Source of the DNA: Thermoplasmata archaeon
GTDB taxonomy: Archaea; Thermoplasmatota; Thermoplasmata; Lutacidiplasmatales; UBA184
NCBI GenBank assembly: GCA_022750375.1
Contig: JAKIVU010000001.1
Coordinates: forward strand, 30,695-94,694
DNA: 64,000 bases
Direction of reading: 5' to 3'
Shown here: in pieces, positions 36,668 to 45,871 of the stretch
How the letters are laid out: every line of letters begins with the position of its first letter
Numbering within the stretch: the stretch's first letter is position 1
The notes under the pieces: model-generated
Seen by the model: the letters and a program-made list of their open reading frames with translations, nothing else
Databases searched by the model: none
Told to the model about the DNA's origin: nothing
Position numbers and translations under genes: made by a program

Positions 36668-37108
36668 CTACTTCGCGAGGAACGCCGCGCGAGCGCGCGT
36701 GAGGTGGAGGTCGACCGACGAGGAGTCGATCACGTCCACGACCTTCCCCGACGGGTCGATGAGGAAGGTGACGCGCCGCGCGTTCCCGTGCGGGCCGAGG
36801 ACGCCGTAGAGGGTGGCGACCTTCTTGGCCGAATCCGCGATCAGAGGGAACGGGAAGCCGTACTTCGTTCGGAACGCCCGCTGCGCGTCACAGTCGTCCG
36901 TGCTCACCCCGATGACCTTCACGTTCTTCGCCTGGTACTCCGCGTAGACGTCGCGGAAGCCTTTCGACTCGGTCGTGCAGCCCGGAGTGTCGGCCTTCGG
37001 ATAGAAGTACATCACGACCGAAGAACCCCGGAGGGCAGAGGACCGGAACGTGGCTCCGGTGTGATCGGGGGCTTCGAATTCCGGCGCTTTCTCTCCAATT
37101 GCGACCAT
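36668..37108 (-). CDS. bcp: Thioredoxin-dependent peroxiredoxin (Bcp/PrxQ type)
   Basis: FYPKADTPGCTTE carries the peroxidatic Cys. The size is 146 aa. Confidence 0.85.
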   Translation of the reverse strand: MVAIGEKAPEFEAPDHTGATFRSSALRGSSVVMYFYPKADTPGCTTESKGFRDVYAEYQAKNVKVIGVSTDDCDAQRAFRTKYGFPFPLIADSAKKVATLYGVLGPHGNARRVTFLIDPSGKVVDVIDSSSVDLHLTRARAAFLAK

Positions 37109-37173
37109 GGACCCCCGAGCCCTCCGGCCGTATTTGAAGTCGGAGACGAGACCGGGTCGGCGTCGCCGGCGGG

Positions 37174-37410
37174 TTATCCGACGCCGACCGTAACCAGCGT
37201 CTCGGTCGATTTAAGCCCCGGGATCCGCCGGATCTTGTGCACGACCGTGTCGAGGGCCTCGTTGATGTGCGGAGCCTGCACCTTCACGATCAGGTCGAAC
37301 GGACCCGTGACGGTGTGCACTTCGATGACCCCCGGGATCGCTTGCATGCGTCGAAGGACGTCTTCGAGCTTCCCGACCTCGACTTCGACGAGCAGGAACA
37401 ACGTCTCCAT
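37174..37410 (-). CDS. Stand-alone Lrp/AsnC C-terminal (RAM) domain protein
   Basis: The 78-aa protein has a beta-alpha-beta-beta-alpha-beta pattern (LVEVEVGKLEDVLRRMQAIPGVIEVHTVTGPFDLIVKV) and no HTH. Confidence 0.55.
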   Translation of the reverse strand: METLFLLVEVEVGKLEDVLRRMQAIPGVIEVHTVTGPFDLIVKVQAPHINEALDTVVHKIRRIPGLKSTETLVTVGVG

Positions 37411-37522
37411 CGGCCGCGCCTCGGGGCGTCACGGGCGGGGGCCCATTTCAAGCTAACGTGGCCGCGGGGGGCCACCGTTCGGTCGCCCCCGAACGGGCGC
37501 GAACTCCCCCGTCCAAAGGGTT

Positions 37523-38770
37523 ATGCCCCGTCGGGGACCGCTCTCCCAAGGCATGGACCTCACTCTGCGGGACACGCTGTCCGGCACCCGCCGTGCGGTT
37601 CGGCGGCGACCGGGCCGTCCGCTCGCGCTCTACGTGTGCGGTCCGACCGTCTACGATGTCGCCCACGTGGGGCACGCCCGTACCTATCTGTTCTTTGACG
37701 TCGTACGCCGGCAACTCGAGACGGAGGGCGTTCCGGTGCAGCACGTGATGAACCTCACCGACTTCGAGGACAAGCTCGAAGCCCGCGCGACAAGCCTCGG
37801 CCTCACGTGGCGAGCCCTCGCCCGGCGCGAGGAGCGGGGGTTCTTCCGCGACCTCCGTGCCCTCAACGTCCTCCCTCCGCACTTCCGGCCGCGCGCGTCC
37901 GACTTCGTGCCCCAGATGATCCGCGTGGTCCGCCGCCTGGAACGCACGGGACGCGTGCACCGCGTAGGGGACGAGTGGATCTACACGCCCCCGCTCCGCC
38001 CCGCCGGCGAGAACTTCCCGACCGACCGCCAGCTCGCGACCCACGCCGTCACGGAACCGGGTCACCCGTTCCCCGAGAGCCGCGGACGGGCGGGGGAGTT
38101 CATGGTCTGGAAGCTGCAAGACGCCCCCAAGCCGTCGTGGCCGAGTCCGTGGGGACCCGGGGTCCCCGGCTGGCACCTCGAATGCTACGCGATGGCCCAG
38201 GAGATCCTCGGCATCCCGGTCGACCTTCACGGCGGTGCGCCCGACCTCATCTACCCCCACCACTACGCCGAGAACGAGGTCGCGCTCGAATTTGAGAAGA
38301 CGCCGTTCTCGAGGGTGTTCCTCCACACCGCCTTCGTGCTGGTTGGCGGGGCGAAGATGGCGAAATCCACCGGGAATCTCATTCCGCTTCGCACCGCGCT
38401 CGAAGACGTGGGTGCGAGCCCGTTGCGCTGGTATCTCCTCTCCACCTCGCACACGCAACGGCTCGCGTGGGATTCGGCCGCCCTGCACCGGGCCGCGAAA
38501 GAGTACGCCGGTGTTCGGTCCGCCGTGCGGTCGTGGCTCGCTCCCCGCTCGTCGGGTCGGGCGACCGCGGTGTCGGCCGTGCGGCTCGAGGAAAGGGTCC
38601 GACGCGACCTCGCGAATGGCCTCGCGACCGACCGTGCGTTCGCTCGCATCCGGACGTGGGCGCTCCGGACCACGGCGCGGCGCTCTGGGGGCCTCGCCCC
38701 ACGGGAACGCGCCACGGCCCGCCGTGCGTTCCGAACCATCGAGGCTCGGACCGGGCTGTCGCTGCTCTAG
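37523..38770 (+). CDS. cysS: Cysteine--tRNA ligase
   Basis: The HIGH motif is CGPTVYDVAHVGHARTY, the zinc-binding site is WHLEC, and KMSKS is KMAKSTGN. Confidence 0.9.
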   Translation: MPRRGPLSQGMDLTLRDTLSGTRRAVRRRPGRPLALYVCGPTVYDVAHVGHARTYLFFDVVRRQLETEGVPVQHVMNLTDFEDKLEARATSLGLTWRALARREERGFFRDLRALNVLPPHFRPRASDFVPQMIRVVRRLERTGRVHRVGDEWIYTPPLRPAGENFPTDRQLATHAVTEPGHPFPESRGRAGEFMVWKLQDAPKPSWPSPWGPGVPGWHLECYAMAQEILGIPVDLHGGAPDLIYPHHYAENEVALEFEKTPFSRVFLHTAFVLVGGAKMAKSTGNLIPLRTALEDVGASPLRWYLLSTSHTQRLAWDSAALHRAAKEYAGVRSAVRSWLAPRSSGRATAVSAVRLEERVRRDLANGLATDRAFARIRTWALRTTARRSGGLAPRERATARRAFRTIEARTGLSLL

Positions 38771-39972
38771 AGACCCGAGCGGTCGACCACCAGGCTGAGC
38801 CCGTTCCCGCCGCCCATACATAGGGTAGCGAGCCCGAGGGACCCGCGCGAGCGGATCAGTTCGTGGACGAGGGTGACCACGATGCGCGCCCCGCTGGCAC
38901 CGATCGGGTGCCCCAGCGCCACCGCGCCACCGTGGACGTTGAACTGTTCTTCCGAGAACCCGAACTCCCGCTGGACCGCGATCGACGCCGACGCATAGGC
39001 CTCGTTGTGCTCGACCCGGTCGAAGTCGGCGGGGCGCAGGCCCGTCTGTGCGAGGTGCTTCTTCACGGTCGGGATCGGCGACTCCATGACGTCCCTCGGG
39101 TGCACGCCACTCTCGGCGGCGGAGTGGATCCAGGCGATCGGTCGGGCTCCCCGTTCGCGGACCTCCCGCGCGCTCGCGAGCACGAGGGCCGCGGCCCCAT
39201 CCGAGAGTTTCGAGGAGTTCCCTGCCGTGAGGATTCCGCCCGGCGCGAACGCCGGCTTCAGTCGACCGAGCCCCTCGAGGGTCGTGTCGGCCCGGGGAGC
39301 TTCGTCGTGATCCAGCCCGTTCCCGCCGGGAGTCACTGTCGAAGGGACGGCGACCAATTCGGGCGCGAACGTCCCGGCGGCGACCGCTTGGGAGGCCCGT
39401 AGATGGCTCCGCAACCCGAAGGCGTCCACGTCGTGCCGGGTCAACCCCAGCTTTTTCGCGATCCGCTCTCCGGTGAGTCCCATGAGCTCGTGCTCGTCGT
39501 ACGCGTCGATCAACGCGTCCCGCTGCATCTCGTCGTCCAAGAGGTGAGGGCCGGGGGGAGTTCCCCACCGCATCGAACCATCCACGAGGTAGGGGGCCCT
39601 CGACATGCTCTCCATCGCGCCGACCACGACCCGGTCGAAGTCCCCGGCACGGATCGCCGTGAACCCCCACTGAATCGCTTTCATCCCCGAGCCGCAGACC
39701 ATGTTGACGGTCGCAGCTCCGACGGAATCCGGTACTCCCGCCCCTCGCAGCACCTGGCGGGCGGGGTTCTGCCCCGCGCCGGCCTGGAGCGCCTGTCCGA
39801 ACAGCACTTCCTCGACGTCGGCGGGAGTCCAACCGGCGCGGTCGATCGCGGCGCGTGCCGCGAGGGTGCCGAGGGCGGTCGCGGGGACCGAACGCAACGC
39901 CCCGCCGAACCGCCCGATCGGTGTCCGAGCGGCGGAGAGTATCGCGACGGAATGAGGGGGAGGGGACGGCAT
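38767..39972 (-). CDS. Acetyl-CoA C-acetyltransferase (thiolase)
   Basis: The N-terminus is VAILSAARTPIGRFGG. NMVCGSGMKA carries the active-site Cys, and the C-terminus has GGNGLSLVV. Confidence 0.9.
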   Translation of the reverse strand: MPSPPPHSVAILSAARTPIGRFGGALRSVPATALGTLAARAAIDRAGWTPADVEEVLFGQALQAGAGQNPARQVLRGAGVPDSVGAATVNMVCGSGMKAIQWGFTAIRAGDFDRVVVGAMESMSRAPYLVDGSMRWGTPPGPHLLDDEMQRDALIDAYDEHELMGLTGERIAKKLGLTRHDVDAFGLRSHLRASQAVAAGTFAPELVAVPSTVTPGGNGLDHDEAPRADTTLEGLGRLKPAFAPGGILTAGNSSKLSDGAAALVLASAREVRERGARPIAWIHSAAESGVHPRDVMESPIPTVKKHLAQTGLRPADFDRVEHNEAYASASIAVQREFGFSEEQFNVHGGAVALGHPIGASGARIVVTLVHELIRSRGSLGLATLCMGGGNGLSLVVDRSGL

Positions 39973-40031
39973 GCGCGGCCGACCTGTGTCCGGATTAAGA
40001 AGGTAGTGGCGGCGATTCGGTGCAGGGCGGT

Positions 40032-40763
40032 TCAGTCCTCTTCGACCCGGGGCGCGAGGAGGTAGCGGCCCTCGCCTCGACCGGCGCTCATCGCGAACTC
40101 GACCTTCAGTGGGTACTCGTTGCCGACGTGGAGGGTCGTGTCCTCGGCCGAGATCGACTTCACCATCGCGGAGAAGAAATCGAGCGGGTACATGCTCTTC
40201 ACTGGCTCCTTCACCTCGAGCTTTGTCAGGTTCTCCTTCGCGATCCGGAGGTCGAGCTGGTCGGTCTCTCCTTCCGAGTGCATCGTGAAGGCCGTCGGGT
40301 CGAGGGTAAGGGTGACGTGGTCCGTGAAGCTCTCGCTCCCCCGAATCCCCTGGCGGAGGTCCTCCGTCTTGACGGTGACGCTCGCGGGCGGGCTCACGTT
40401 CGGCACCTTGGGGTCGGTGATCCCCGCGGGGTCGACGACCGCCATCTGCCGGGTGACGCGGCCGAGCGAAGCGATCAGCCGGTTCTTGCCGTCAAACTGG
40501 AAATCGATGATGTCGCCCGGCTTCGAAAGTCGGAGCACTTCCTTGAGCTTCTCGACGTCCACGCCGAGCTCGGTCGGCTCGCCGGTGAACTCCTCGAAGA
40601 CCGCCTTGTGCAACTTGAGGACCAGCATCGCAACGTGCGACGGGTCGACCGCCTTCGCCTCGAGGCCGTCCTTGGAGATGGTGAGCTTGACCTCGCTCAC
40701 GAGGGTCGAGACGACCTCGACGACCTCCCGGAGGTTCTCCATCTTCATTCGGAGCTTGAACAT
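40032..40763 (-). CDS. pcn: DNA polymerase sliding clamp PCNA
   Basis: MFKLRMKMENLREVVEVVSTLVSEVKLTISKDGLEAKAVDPSHVAMLVL is the PCNA fold. The size is 244 aa. Met at 40763 is preferred; the ORF track extends to 40787. A TATA-like ctctaaaaag lies 32-43 nt upstream on the coding strand. Confidence 0.9.
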   Translation of the reverse strand: MFKLRMKMENLREVVEVVSTLVSEVKLTISKDGLEAKAVDPSHVAMLVLKLHKAVFEEFTGEPTELGVDVEKLKEVLRLSKPGDIIDFQFDGKNRLIASLGRVTRQMAVVDPAGITDPKVPNVSPPASVTVKTEDLRQGIRGSESFTDHVTLTLDPTAFTMHSEGETDQLDLRIAKENLTKLEVKEPVKSMYPLDFFSAMVKSISAEDTTLHVGNEYPLKVEFAMSAGRGEGRYLLAPRVEED

Positions 40764-40863
40764 CGGACGCCTCGGGGCGGACCACACCGGCCCCCTCTAA
40801 AAAGCCTTCCTGCTTCCACGGTGGGAGCAAGCGGTTTCTCTACCGGAAGTTCCGTTCCTCACC

Positions 40864-41622
40864 GTGACCGAGCTCGCGTACTTGCCGGACCTGCCGTCGG
40901 CATACATTCGCACGTTTCGCGCCCGGGTGACCGCCCTTCCGCCAGGCGCGGTCGTGCTCGACCGCACGTACTTTTACCCGACGGGTGGCGGGCAGCCGTC
41001 CGACCGGGGTGTCCTGAGGGTCGACGGGGGGACCACGCTCGAGGTGGTCGACGTCGTCAAGTCCGGCCCCGGAGTCTTCCACCGGTTTCGCAGTGGTCCG
41101 ACGGCCCCCCAGGCCCTACAGGTGGGCGAAGAGGTGGAAGGTTCGATCGACTGGGACCGGCGACACCGTCACATGCGCCTCCACACCGCTCAGCACTTCG
41201 TGAGCGCCCGTATCTTCGCCCGGACGGGTCTCAGAACGCGCCGGGCGAACCTCGCCGGGGCGGGCGCAACGGTCGACCTCGAAGGACCGTTGCCCTCGGG
41301 GGCACTCGAACCCGTCGCGGAAGACCTACGTCAGGCGGTCGCGGTGCCGCGCGCGGTGACGGTGCGAGCAGTACCTCGCGCCGAATGGGACGCGAACCCC
41401 GCCGCGGGTCGGTCGGGGCTCGTTCCGCTTCCGACGCAGGTAGACCCCGTTCGAGTCGTCGAGATCGACGCGTCCGACGTCTGCCCGTGCGGAGGGACCC
41501 ACGTTCGCTCCACGGCGGAGATCGGCGAGGTTCGATGGCTGCCGATCGTCCCGTTGTCGGGCGGCGCGTCGCGAGTCGCGTTTACGCTGGTCGTGGCCGA
41601 TCTTTCCATTCCGCTCGAGTGA
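40864..41622 (+). CDS. alaX: Alanyl-tRNA editing protein AlaX-M-like
   Basis: The zinc-binding motifs are HTAQHF and CPCGGTHV, typical of AlaX/ThrRS second additional domain. The start is GTG. Confidence 0.7.
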   Translation: MTELAYLPDLPSAYIRTFRARVTALPPGAVVLDRTYFYPTGGGQPSDRGVLRVDGGTTLEVVDVVKSGPGVFHRFRSGPTAPQALQVGEEVEGSIDWDRRHRHMRLHTAQHFVSARIFARTGLRTRRANLAGAGATVDLEGPLPSGALEPVAEDLRQAVAVPRAVTVRAVPRAEWDANPAAGRSGLVPLPTQVDPVRVVEIDASDVCPCGGTHVRSTAEIGEVRWLPIVPLSGGASRVAFTLVVADLSIPLE

Positions 41623-42133
41623 CCCCGTAGAAGTACACGTCGTGCCATCGCCCGTGGTGAAAGAGCGCCGAGCGGAGCGTCCCTTCCCGGCGGAATCCGA
41701 GGCCCTCGACCAGTCGGTACGACGCCGCGTTCTCCACGTCGCACGTGGCGCCGACGCGTTCGACCGCGGTCGTCGCGTAGAGGTGGTCGATGAGGAGCCG
41801 AACGGCCTCGCGGCCGTATCCTTTGCCGCGCGCCGCACGGTCCCCCATCACGTACCAGACGTCCACGAACTCGAGCACCGGGTGGGGGACGTAGTGACCG
41901 ACAAACCCGACCGGCCCCGGCGTCTCCCGTCGCTCCACGACGTACCGGGGCGCGAGCGAGGTAACGTCCGAAGGTGCGGACTCCACGCTGCTCACGAAAC
42001 TCTCCATCGCGTCGACCGAGAACCGGTCGAACGGTGCGACGACCTCGGGGTCGTTGTACCAGTCGAAGATCGCCGCGTAGTCGGAGGGGACCAATGGACG
42101 CAGCCGGACGGACGATCCCTCGAGATCGGTCAT
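41582..42133 (-). CDS. GNAT family N-acetyltransferase (RimL-like)
   Basis: RLRPLVPSDYAAIFDWYNDPEV ... ARGKGYGREAV ... is the acetyl-CoA binding motif. Met at 42133 is preferred; the ORF track extends to 42427. Confidence 0.75.
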   Translation of the reverse strand: MTDLEGSSVRLRPLVPSDYAAIFDWYNDPEVVAPFDRFSVDAMESFVSSVESAPSDVTSLAPRYVVERRETPGPVGFVGHYVPHPVLEFVDVWYVMGDRAARGKGYGREAVRLLIDHLYATTAVERVGATCDVENAASYRLVEGLGFRREGTLRSALFHHGRWHDVYFYGVTRAEWKDRPRPA

Positions 42134-42141
42134 CGCCGTGG

Positions 42142-42519
42142 CTAACTGCCCTGGCCCCGCTCCCGCCGACCTGCCCGGGGGGGAGGAGACGGGATCTCTT
42201 CCGGTTCCGAGGCGGTCGCGACGCGCTCGTCCTCGCGGAGGTGCTCGAGCGCCTTGCGGTGACCGCTCGGGGTCAGGGAGAAGACATGCTTCGGCTCGGA
42301 GTACCCGACGACGTACTGCGTGCGGCGGAACACCATCCGCGACATCTCGAGGGACCGCAGCGCATTCTTCAATGCGCCCGGGTCCTCGTTCGAGAACTTC
42401 CGTGCGATGCCGAACTCGGTCGTCCACTGGTCGGCCTCGAACCGGATCTGCTGACCGCGGTGTTCGAGGAGGTGGAGGAGAAGCGAGCGCTCGAGACGCT
42501 CCATATCACCTACCGGCAT
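42142..42519 (-). CDS. Winged-helix transcriptional regulator (MarR/ArsR-like)
   Basis: The C-terminal 125 aa of a longer ORF are LERSLLLHLLEHRGQQIRFEADQWTTEFGIARKFSNEDPGALKNALRSLEMSRMVFR. The upstream part of the ORF is Arg-rich and spurious. Confidence 0.5.
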   Translation of the reverse strand: MPVGDMERLERSLLLHLLEHRGQQIRFEADQWTTEFGIARKFSNEDPGALKNALRSLEMSRMVFRRTQYVVGYSEPKHVFSLTPSGHRKALEHLREDERVATASEPEEIPSPPPRAGRRERGQGS

Positions 42520-42536
42520 TTCCCTCCGGCCGATCC

Positions 42537-42761
42537 TTAGGAAATCGTCGTGATCTCGTAGTTGACGTCCAGGCCCTTGAGGCGGCCATGCATCTCCGCC
42601 ACCAGGCGTATGACGTTCTCGAGCGCGGCCTTCTCTTTCCACTTGTAAACGAAGTCGTGCATTCCCATCGACTCCTCGAACCCGAGCTGCCGCATGACCT
42701 CCATCACTTTCAGAGGATCCGCGCCTTCGGAGTGAAAGGTCATCCGGACGTAGGTACGCAT
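42537..42761 (-). CDS. Small hypothetical protein
   Basis: 74 aa with well-balanced composition (MRTYVRMTFHSEGADPLKVMEVMRQLGFEE...). Confidence 0.4.
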   Translation of the reverse strand: MRTYVRMTFHSEGADPLKVMEVMRQLGFEESMGMHDFVYKWKEKAALENVIRLVAEMHGRLKGLDVNYEITTIS

Positions 42762-42822
42762 AGCATCGTTCGCCGGGGTCGGTCCCCCGGGCAGTTCGGC
42801 CGTCGTGTTTAGGCGGCCGTCC

Positions 42823-42833
42823 GTTTATATATG
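42823..42833 (+). promoter_or_regulatory. TATA-box-like element (gTTTATATATg) in divergent intergenic region
   Basis: It lies 27 nt upstream of the epimerase ATG (42860), consistent with a leaderless mRNA. Confidence 0.4.
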
Positions 42834-42859
42834 CTTCCACGAGCTTCGAGAGAGTCAAG

Positions 42860-43825
42860 ATGGCAGAGGGCCAGCGGTCCGGTCCTGTCGTGGTCACCGG
42901 CGGCGCGGGCGCGATCGGGTCGGTCGTGGTTCGGAAGCAGTTGGACCGAGGTCGCGAGGTGCGCGTGGTCGACAACCTTTCCGTGGGCCGAGCGGAGCAT
43001 CTTCCCCCTCCGGGGACCGGCAAGTTCGCCCTCACCGTTGCGGATGTAAAGCAACCCGAACTGTATTCCGCGGCGTTCGACGAGGCGACGGAGGTCTGGC
43101 ACCTCTCCGCGAACTCGGACATTCGGAAAGGCACGAAAAGCGCCCGGCTCGACCTCGAGGAGGGGATACTCGCGACATTCAATGTGCTCGAAGAGGCGCG
43201 ACGCCACGACGTCGGCCGCGCTGTCTTCGCCTCCTCCAGCGTCGTTTACGGCTACCCCACGGTCTTCCCGACCCCCGAATCGTACGGTCCTCTCCTGCCG
43301 GAATCGCTCTACGGCTCCGCGAAGCTCGCCGGAGAGGCGCTCTTCTCGGCGTACGCACACACCTACGGCCTTCGGGCCTACCTGTTCCGGTTCGCGAATA
43401 TCATTGGGCCGCACATGACCCACGGAGTGCTCTACGACTTTTTCGAGAAATTGCGCTCCGACCCGCGACGCCTCGAGGTGCTGGGGGACGGACGGCAAGC
43501 GAAGAGCTACCTCCGAGCCGAGGACTGCGTTGACGGGATGCTCCTCGCGACGGACGTAACGGACCAACCCGTCAATCTCTACAATCTCGGCACGGATGAC
43601 CGGATCTCGGTGAAGGAAATCGCGGAAAAGGTCGTGGCAGCCCACGGGGGTACTGCTCACATCGACTACACGGGCGGGGCCCGGGGCTGGGTGGGAGACG
43701 TGCCCCAACAGTTGCTCGCCATCGACCGGATCCAGCAGCTGGGTTGGCGGCCCCGGCTGTCGAGCGCGGCGGCGGTCGACCAGACGATCGCCGAGCTCCT
43801 GGCGGAGAGGAGTCGGTCGGGCTAG
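42860..43825 (+). CDS. NAD-dependent epimerase/dehydratase (UDP-sugar 4-epimerase family)
   Basis: The Rossmann motif is VVVTGGAGAIGS. The catalytic site is YGSAK (YxxxK). Confidence 0.8.
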   Translation: MAEGQRSGPVVVTGGAGAIGSVVVRKQLDRGREVRVVDNLSVGRAEHLPPPGTGKFALTVADVKQPELYSAAFDEATEVWHLSANSDIRKGTKSARLDLEEGILATFNVLEEARRHDVGRAVFASSSVVYGYPTVFPTPESYGPLLPESLYGSAKLAGEALFSAYAHTYGLRAYLFRFANIIGPHMTHGVLYDFFEKLRSDPRRLEVLGDGRQAKSYLRAEDCVDGMLLATDVTDQPVNLYNLGTDDRISVKEIAEKVVAAHGGTAHIDYTGGARGWVGDVPQQLLAIDRIQQLGWRPRLSSAAAVDQTIAELLAERSRSG

Positions 43826-44865
43826 GCGCGCCGCGGAGAGCTTTCCGCTACCGAGCGATAAAGTTCGACGTACTGTTCGACGACCCGGGGCCAAGAGTAG
43901 CGCGCTTGGGCGGTGGCGCGCGCGGCGTCGCCCATCTGCCGCCGTACGGTCGGGTTCTCCGCGAGCTCCGATGCGCGCTGCCGCATGCCGGCGACAAAAC
44001 CCCGGACGTCCCCGTCGGGCACGGCCCACCCGGTGCGGCCGTCGTCTACGACCCCGGCGAGGGCGGAACCCCCGATCACGGGCAGCCCGGACGAGAGGCC
44101 CTGGACGACCGTGCCGGAAAGAAGCTCCACCCGACTCGGGTGGACGAGCACGTCGCTTCGGGCGTATCGAGCGGCCAGGTCGTCGTCGGAAACCTCCCCC
44201 ACCAACTCGATGCTGTCACCGCCTACCGCGCGTATCCGTGCTGCGTAGGCCGGGTCCGGTGTCGGACCCACGAGCACCAGCCGATAGCCCGTGGACCGCA
44301 GCGACTCCGCGGCAAGCTCCCAGCGCTTGACCGGCGCGACCACCCCGACGCCGAGCGCAGTGTGACCGTTCCGCTGGTCCCACTCGGGCCGAAAACGATT
44401 CCCGTCGACCCCGAACGGAATCACCGAGATCGGCCGACGGGTGGGGCCCACGGCGGCCGCCATCGTTAGGGCGAGAGACTCGGTGAGGGCGACCGCGGCG
44501 GCCGCGTGCCGGACCGCGCGACGCTCGAGCCAGTATCCCCACCGGTGCGAGAGGCGGTCGCGGTAGTACCAGTGCCGGGAATGGGTGGTGTAGACGTACG
44601 GAACCCTGGCCCAGGCCAGTCGATTGCCCACCACGGGGGAATTCGCGTGCACCACATCGAACTTCTCCTGACGGAGCAGACGGGGAAGTTCCCAGGCGAA
44701 CGGATACTCGTCCCGCAGTCGTCGATGTCGCACACGATTGATCACGGTGACCTCGTGACCCGCGGTCCGCAGGGCGGCTTGGAGCTCCGCGATGAACCGT
44801 TCGGTCCCTCCGTAGCCGGTGGGAGGGATCGGCTCGACGCCCCCTCCGACGAGGACAATGCGCAC
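43822..44865 (-). CDS. Glycosyltransferase family 4 (GT-B)
   Basis: The N-terminus is GGVEPIPPTGYGGTER. The C-terminal motif is EVSDDDLAARYARSDVLVHPSRVELLSGTVVQGLSSGLPVI (E-x7-E). Confidence 0.8.
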   Translation of the reverse strand: MRIVLVGGGVEPIPPTGYGGTERFIAELQAALRTAGHEVTVINRVRHRRLRDEYPFAWELPRLLRQEKFDVVHANSPVVGNRLAWARVPYVYTTHSRHWYYRDRLSHRWGYWLERRAVRHAAAAVALTESLALTMAAAVGPTRRPISVIPFGVDGNRFRPEWDQRNGHTALGVGVVAPVKRWELAAESLRSTGYRLVLVGPTPDPAYAARIRAVGGDSIELVGEVSDDDLAARYARSDVLVHPSRVELLSGTVVQGLSSGLPVIGGSALAGVVDDGRTGWAVPDGDVRGFVAGMRQRASELAENPTVRRQMGDAARATAQARYSWPRVVEQYVELYRSVAESSPRRA

Positions 44866-44958
44866 GGGTTCCCCACCACCCCCCGAGATTAAGGGCTACC
44901 GGCATTCTCTCGCGTCCGTCCACGACCGGCCTCGGCCGGTCTCGGTCGAGGGGAGTGC

Positions 44959-45783
44959 ATGGCGACGATCTGTGTCGAGGTGGCCGTGCTCGACGACCGC
45001 CGGCTCCTGGATGCGCTCGATTCGCTCGCAGCCCAGACGCGGCCCCCGGACCGGATCCTCATCGCGGCCTCGACCGCGACACCCGAAAGCCTCCTCGACG
45101 AGGCGCGGCGACGCCAGACCCGGATCCCGGTCGAGATCGCTCGGTTCGACGGCGGGGTGGTCAGCGCTCGCGCGGGATCCCTCCCGCTACTTCGCGAGGA
45201 GACGACCGTGTTTCTGGATTCGGACGAGCGCGCCCCGCCCGAGTGGCTCGCCGCGATCGTTGCGCCGGTCGAATCCGGTGCGGCGGCGTTCGCGGGCGGG
45301 CCCACGAGGCCGCTCCGGAGCCCGGTGAATTCGATCGAGCGGTACTACGCGCTGCTCGAGGAATCGATCTACGCCGACCTCGTCCCGCGGAGCATCTCGT
45401 ACATCCCCCTCCAGAACACGGCGTGGCGGACGTCGGTCCTCCGGTCCGTGGGGTTCGACCCTCGGATCTCGTTCGCAGAGGATCACGACCTCGAGTCCCG
45501 AGCCGCTCGCACCGGCGCGCACGGCGTCTTCGTTCCCGCCGCGTTCGTCTACCACGACAAGAGCGACGAGACGAGTCTGCTCCGTTGGGCTCGGAAGCGG
45601 TACCGCTACCTCGTCGCGATGGCGATGTCCTTGATGAAAAACGGGCACCTTCGGGATCGCCTCGAAGAGCGGCGTCGACCGGTGCGACATCCGCTCCGGT
45701 ACCTCGAGTCGGCGATGAAGCCGATCGCGCTCCTCCATGCGTCCATCCGCTGGCGACGTCTGCGAGGAGCAACGGACGGTTGA
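44959..45783 (+). CDS. Glycosyltransferase family 2
   Basis: The pattern VEVAVLDDRRLLDALDSLAAQT ... VFLDSDE (DxD) matches GT2. Confidence 0.7.
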   Translation: MATICVEVAVLDDRRLLDALDSLAAQTRPPDRILIAASTATPESLLDEARRRQTRIPVEIARFDGGVVSARAGSLPLLREETTVFLDSDERAPPEWLAAIVAPVESGAAAFAGGPTRPLRSPVNSIERYYALLEESIYADLVPRSISYIPLQNTAWRTSVLRSVGFDPRISFAEDHDLESRAARTGAHGVFVPAAFVYHDKSDETSLLRWARKRYRYLVAMAMSLMKNGHLRDRLEERRRPVRHPLRYLESAMKPIALLHASIRWRRLRGATDG

Positions 45784-45871
45784 GATTCGAACGGGCCGGA
45801 GCCCCGGTCCTCGAGAGATACGGCGACCGCCCCGCGGAAAACCTTATCCCGCGGCCGGATTCGGCGGGGCC

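Noticed and set aside
34326-36809. 827-aa plus-strand ORF overlapping the MMPL gene in another frame; similarly 37448-39832 (794 aa, minus) and 33409-34788 (459 aa, minus)
   Set aside because: These are alternative or antisense frames of the confidently identified MMPL transporter, cysS and thiolase. They have Arg/Pro/Gly-dominated low-complexity translations.
40764-40787. Longer PCNA start at 40787
   Set aside because: A TATA-like ctctaaaaag lies at 40795-40806, too close to 40787 for an archaeal promoter. Met 40763 (MFKLRMKMENL) matches the canonical PCNA N-terminus.
42520-43182. Upstream 220 aa of the 346-aa minus-strand ORF containing the winged-helix regulator
   Set aside because: The extension is extremely Arg/Ser/Thr/Pro-rich, overlaps the divergent epimerase gene and its TATA box, and has no domain character. 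Only the C-terminal wHTH portion looks real.
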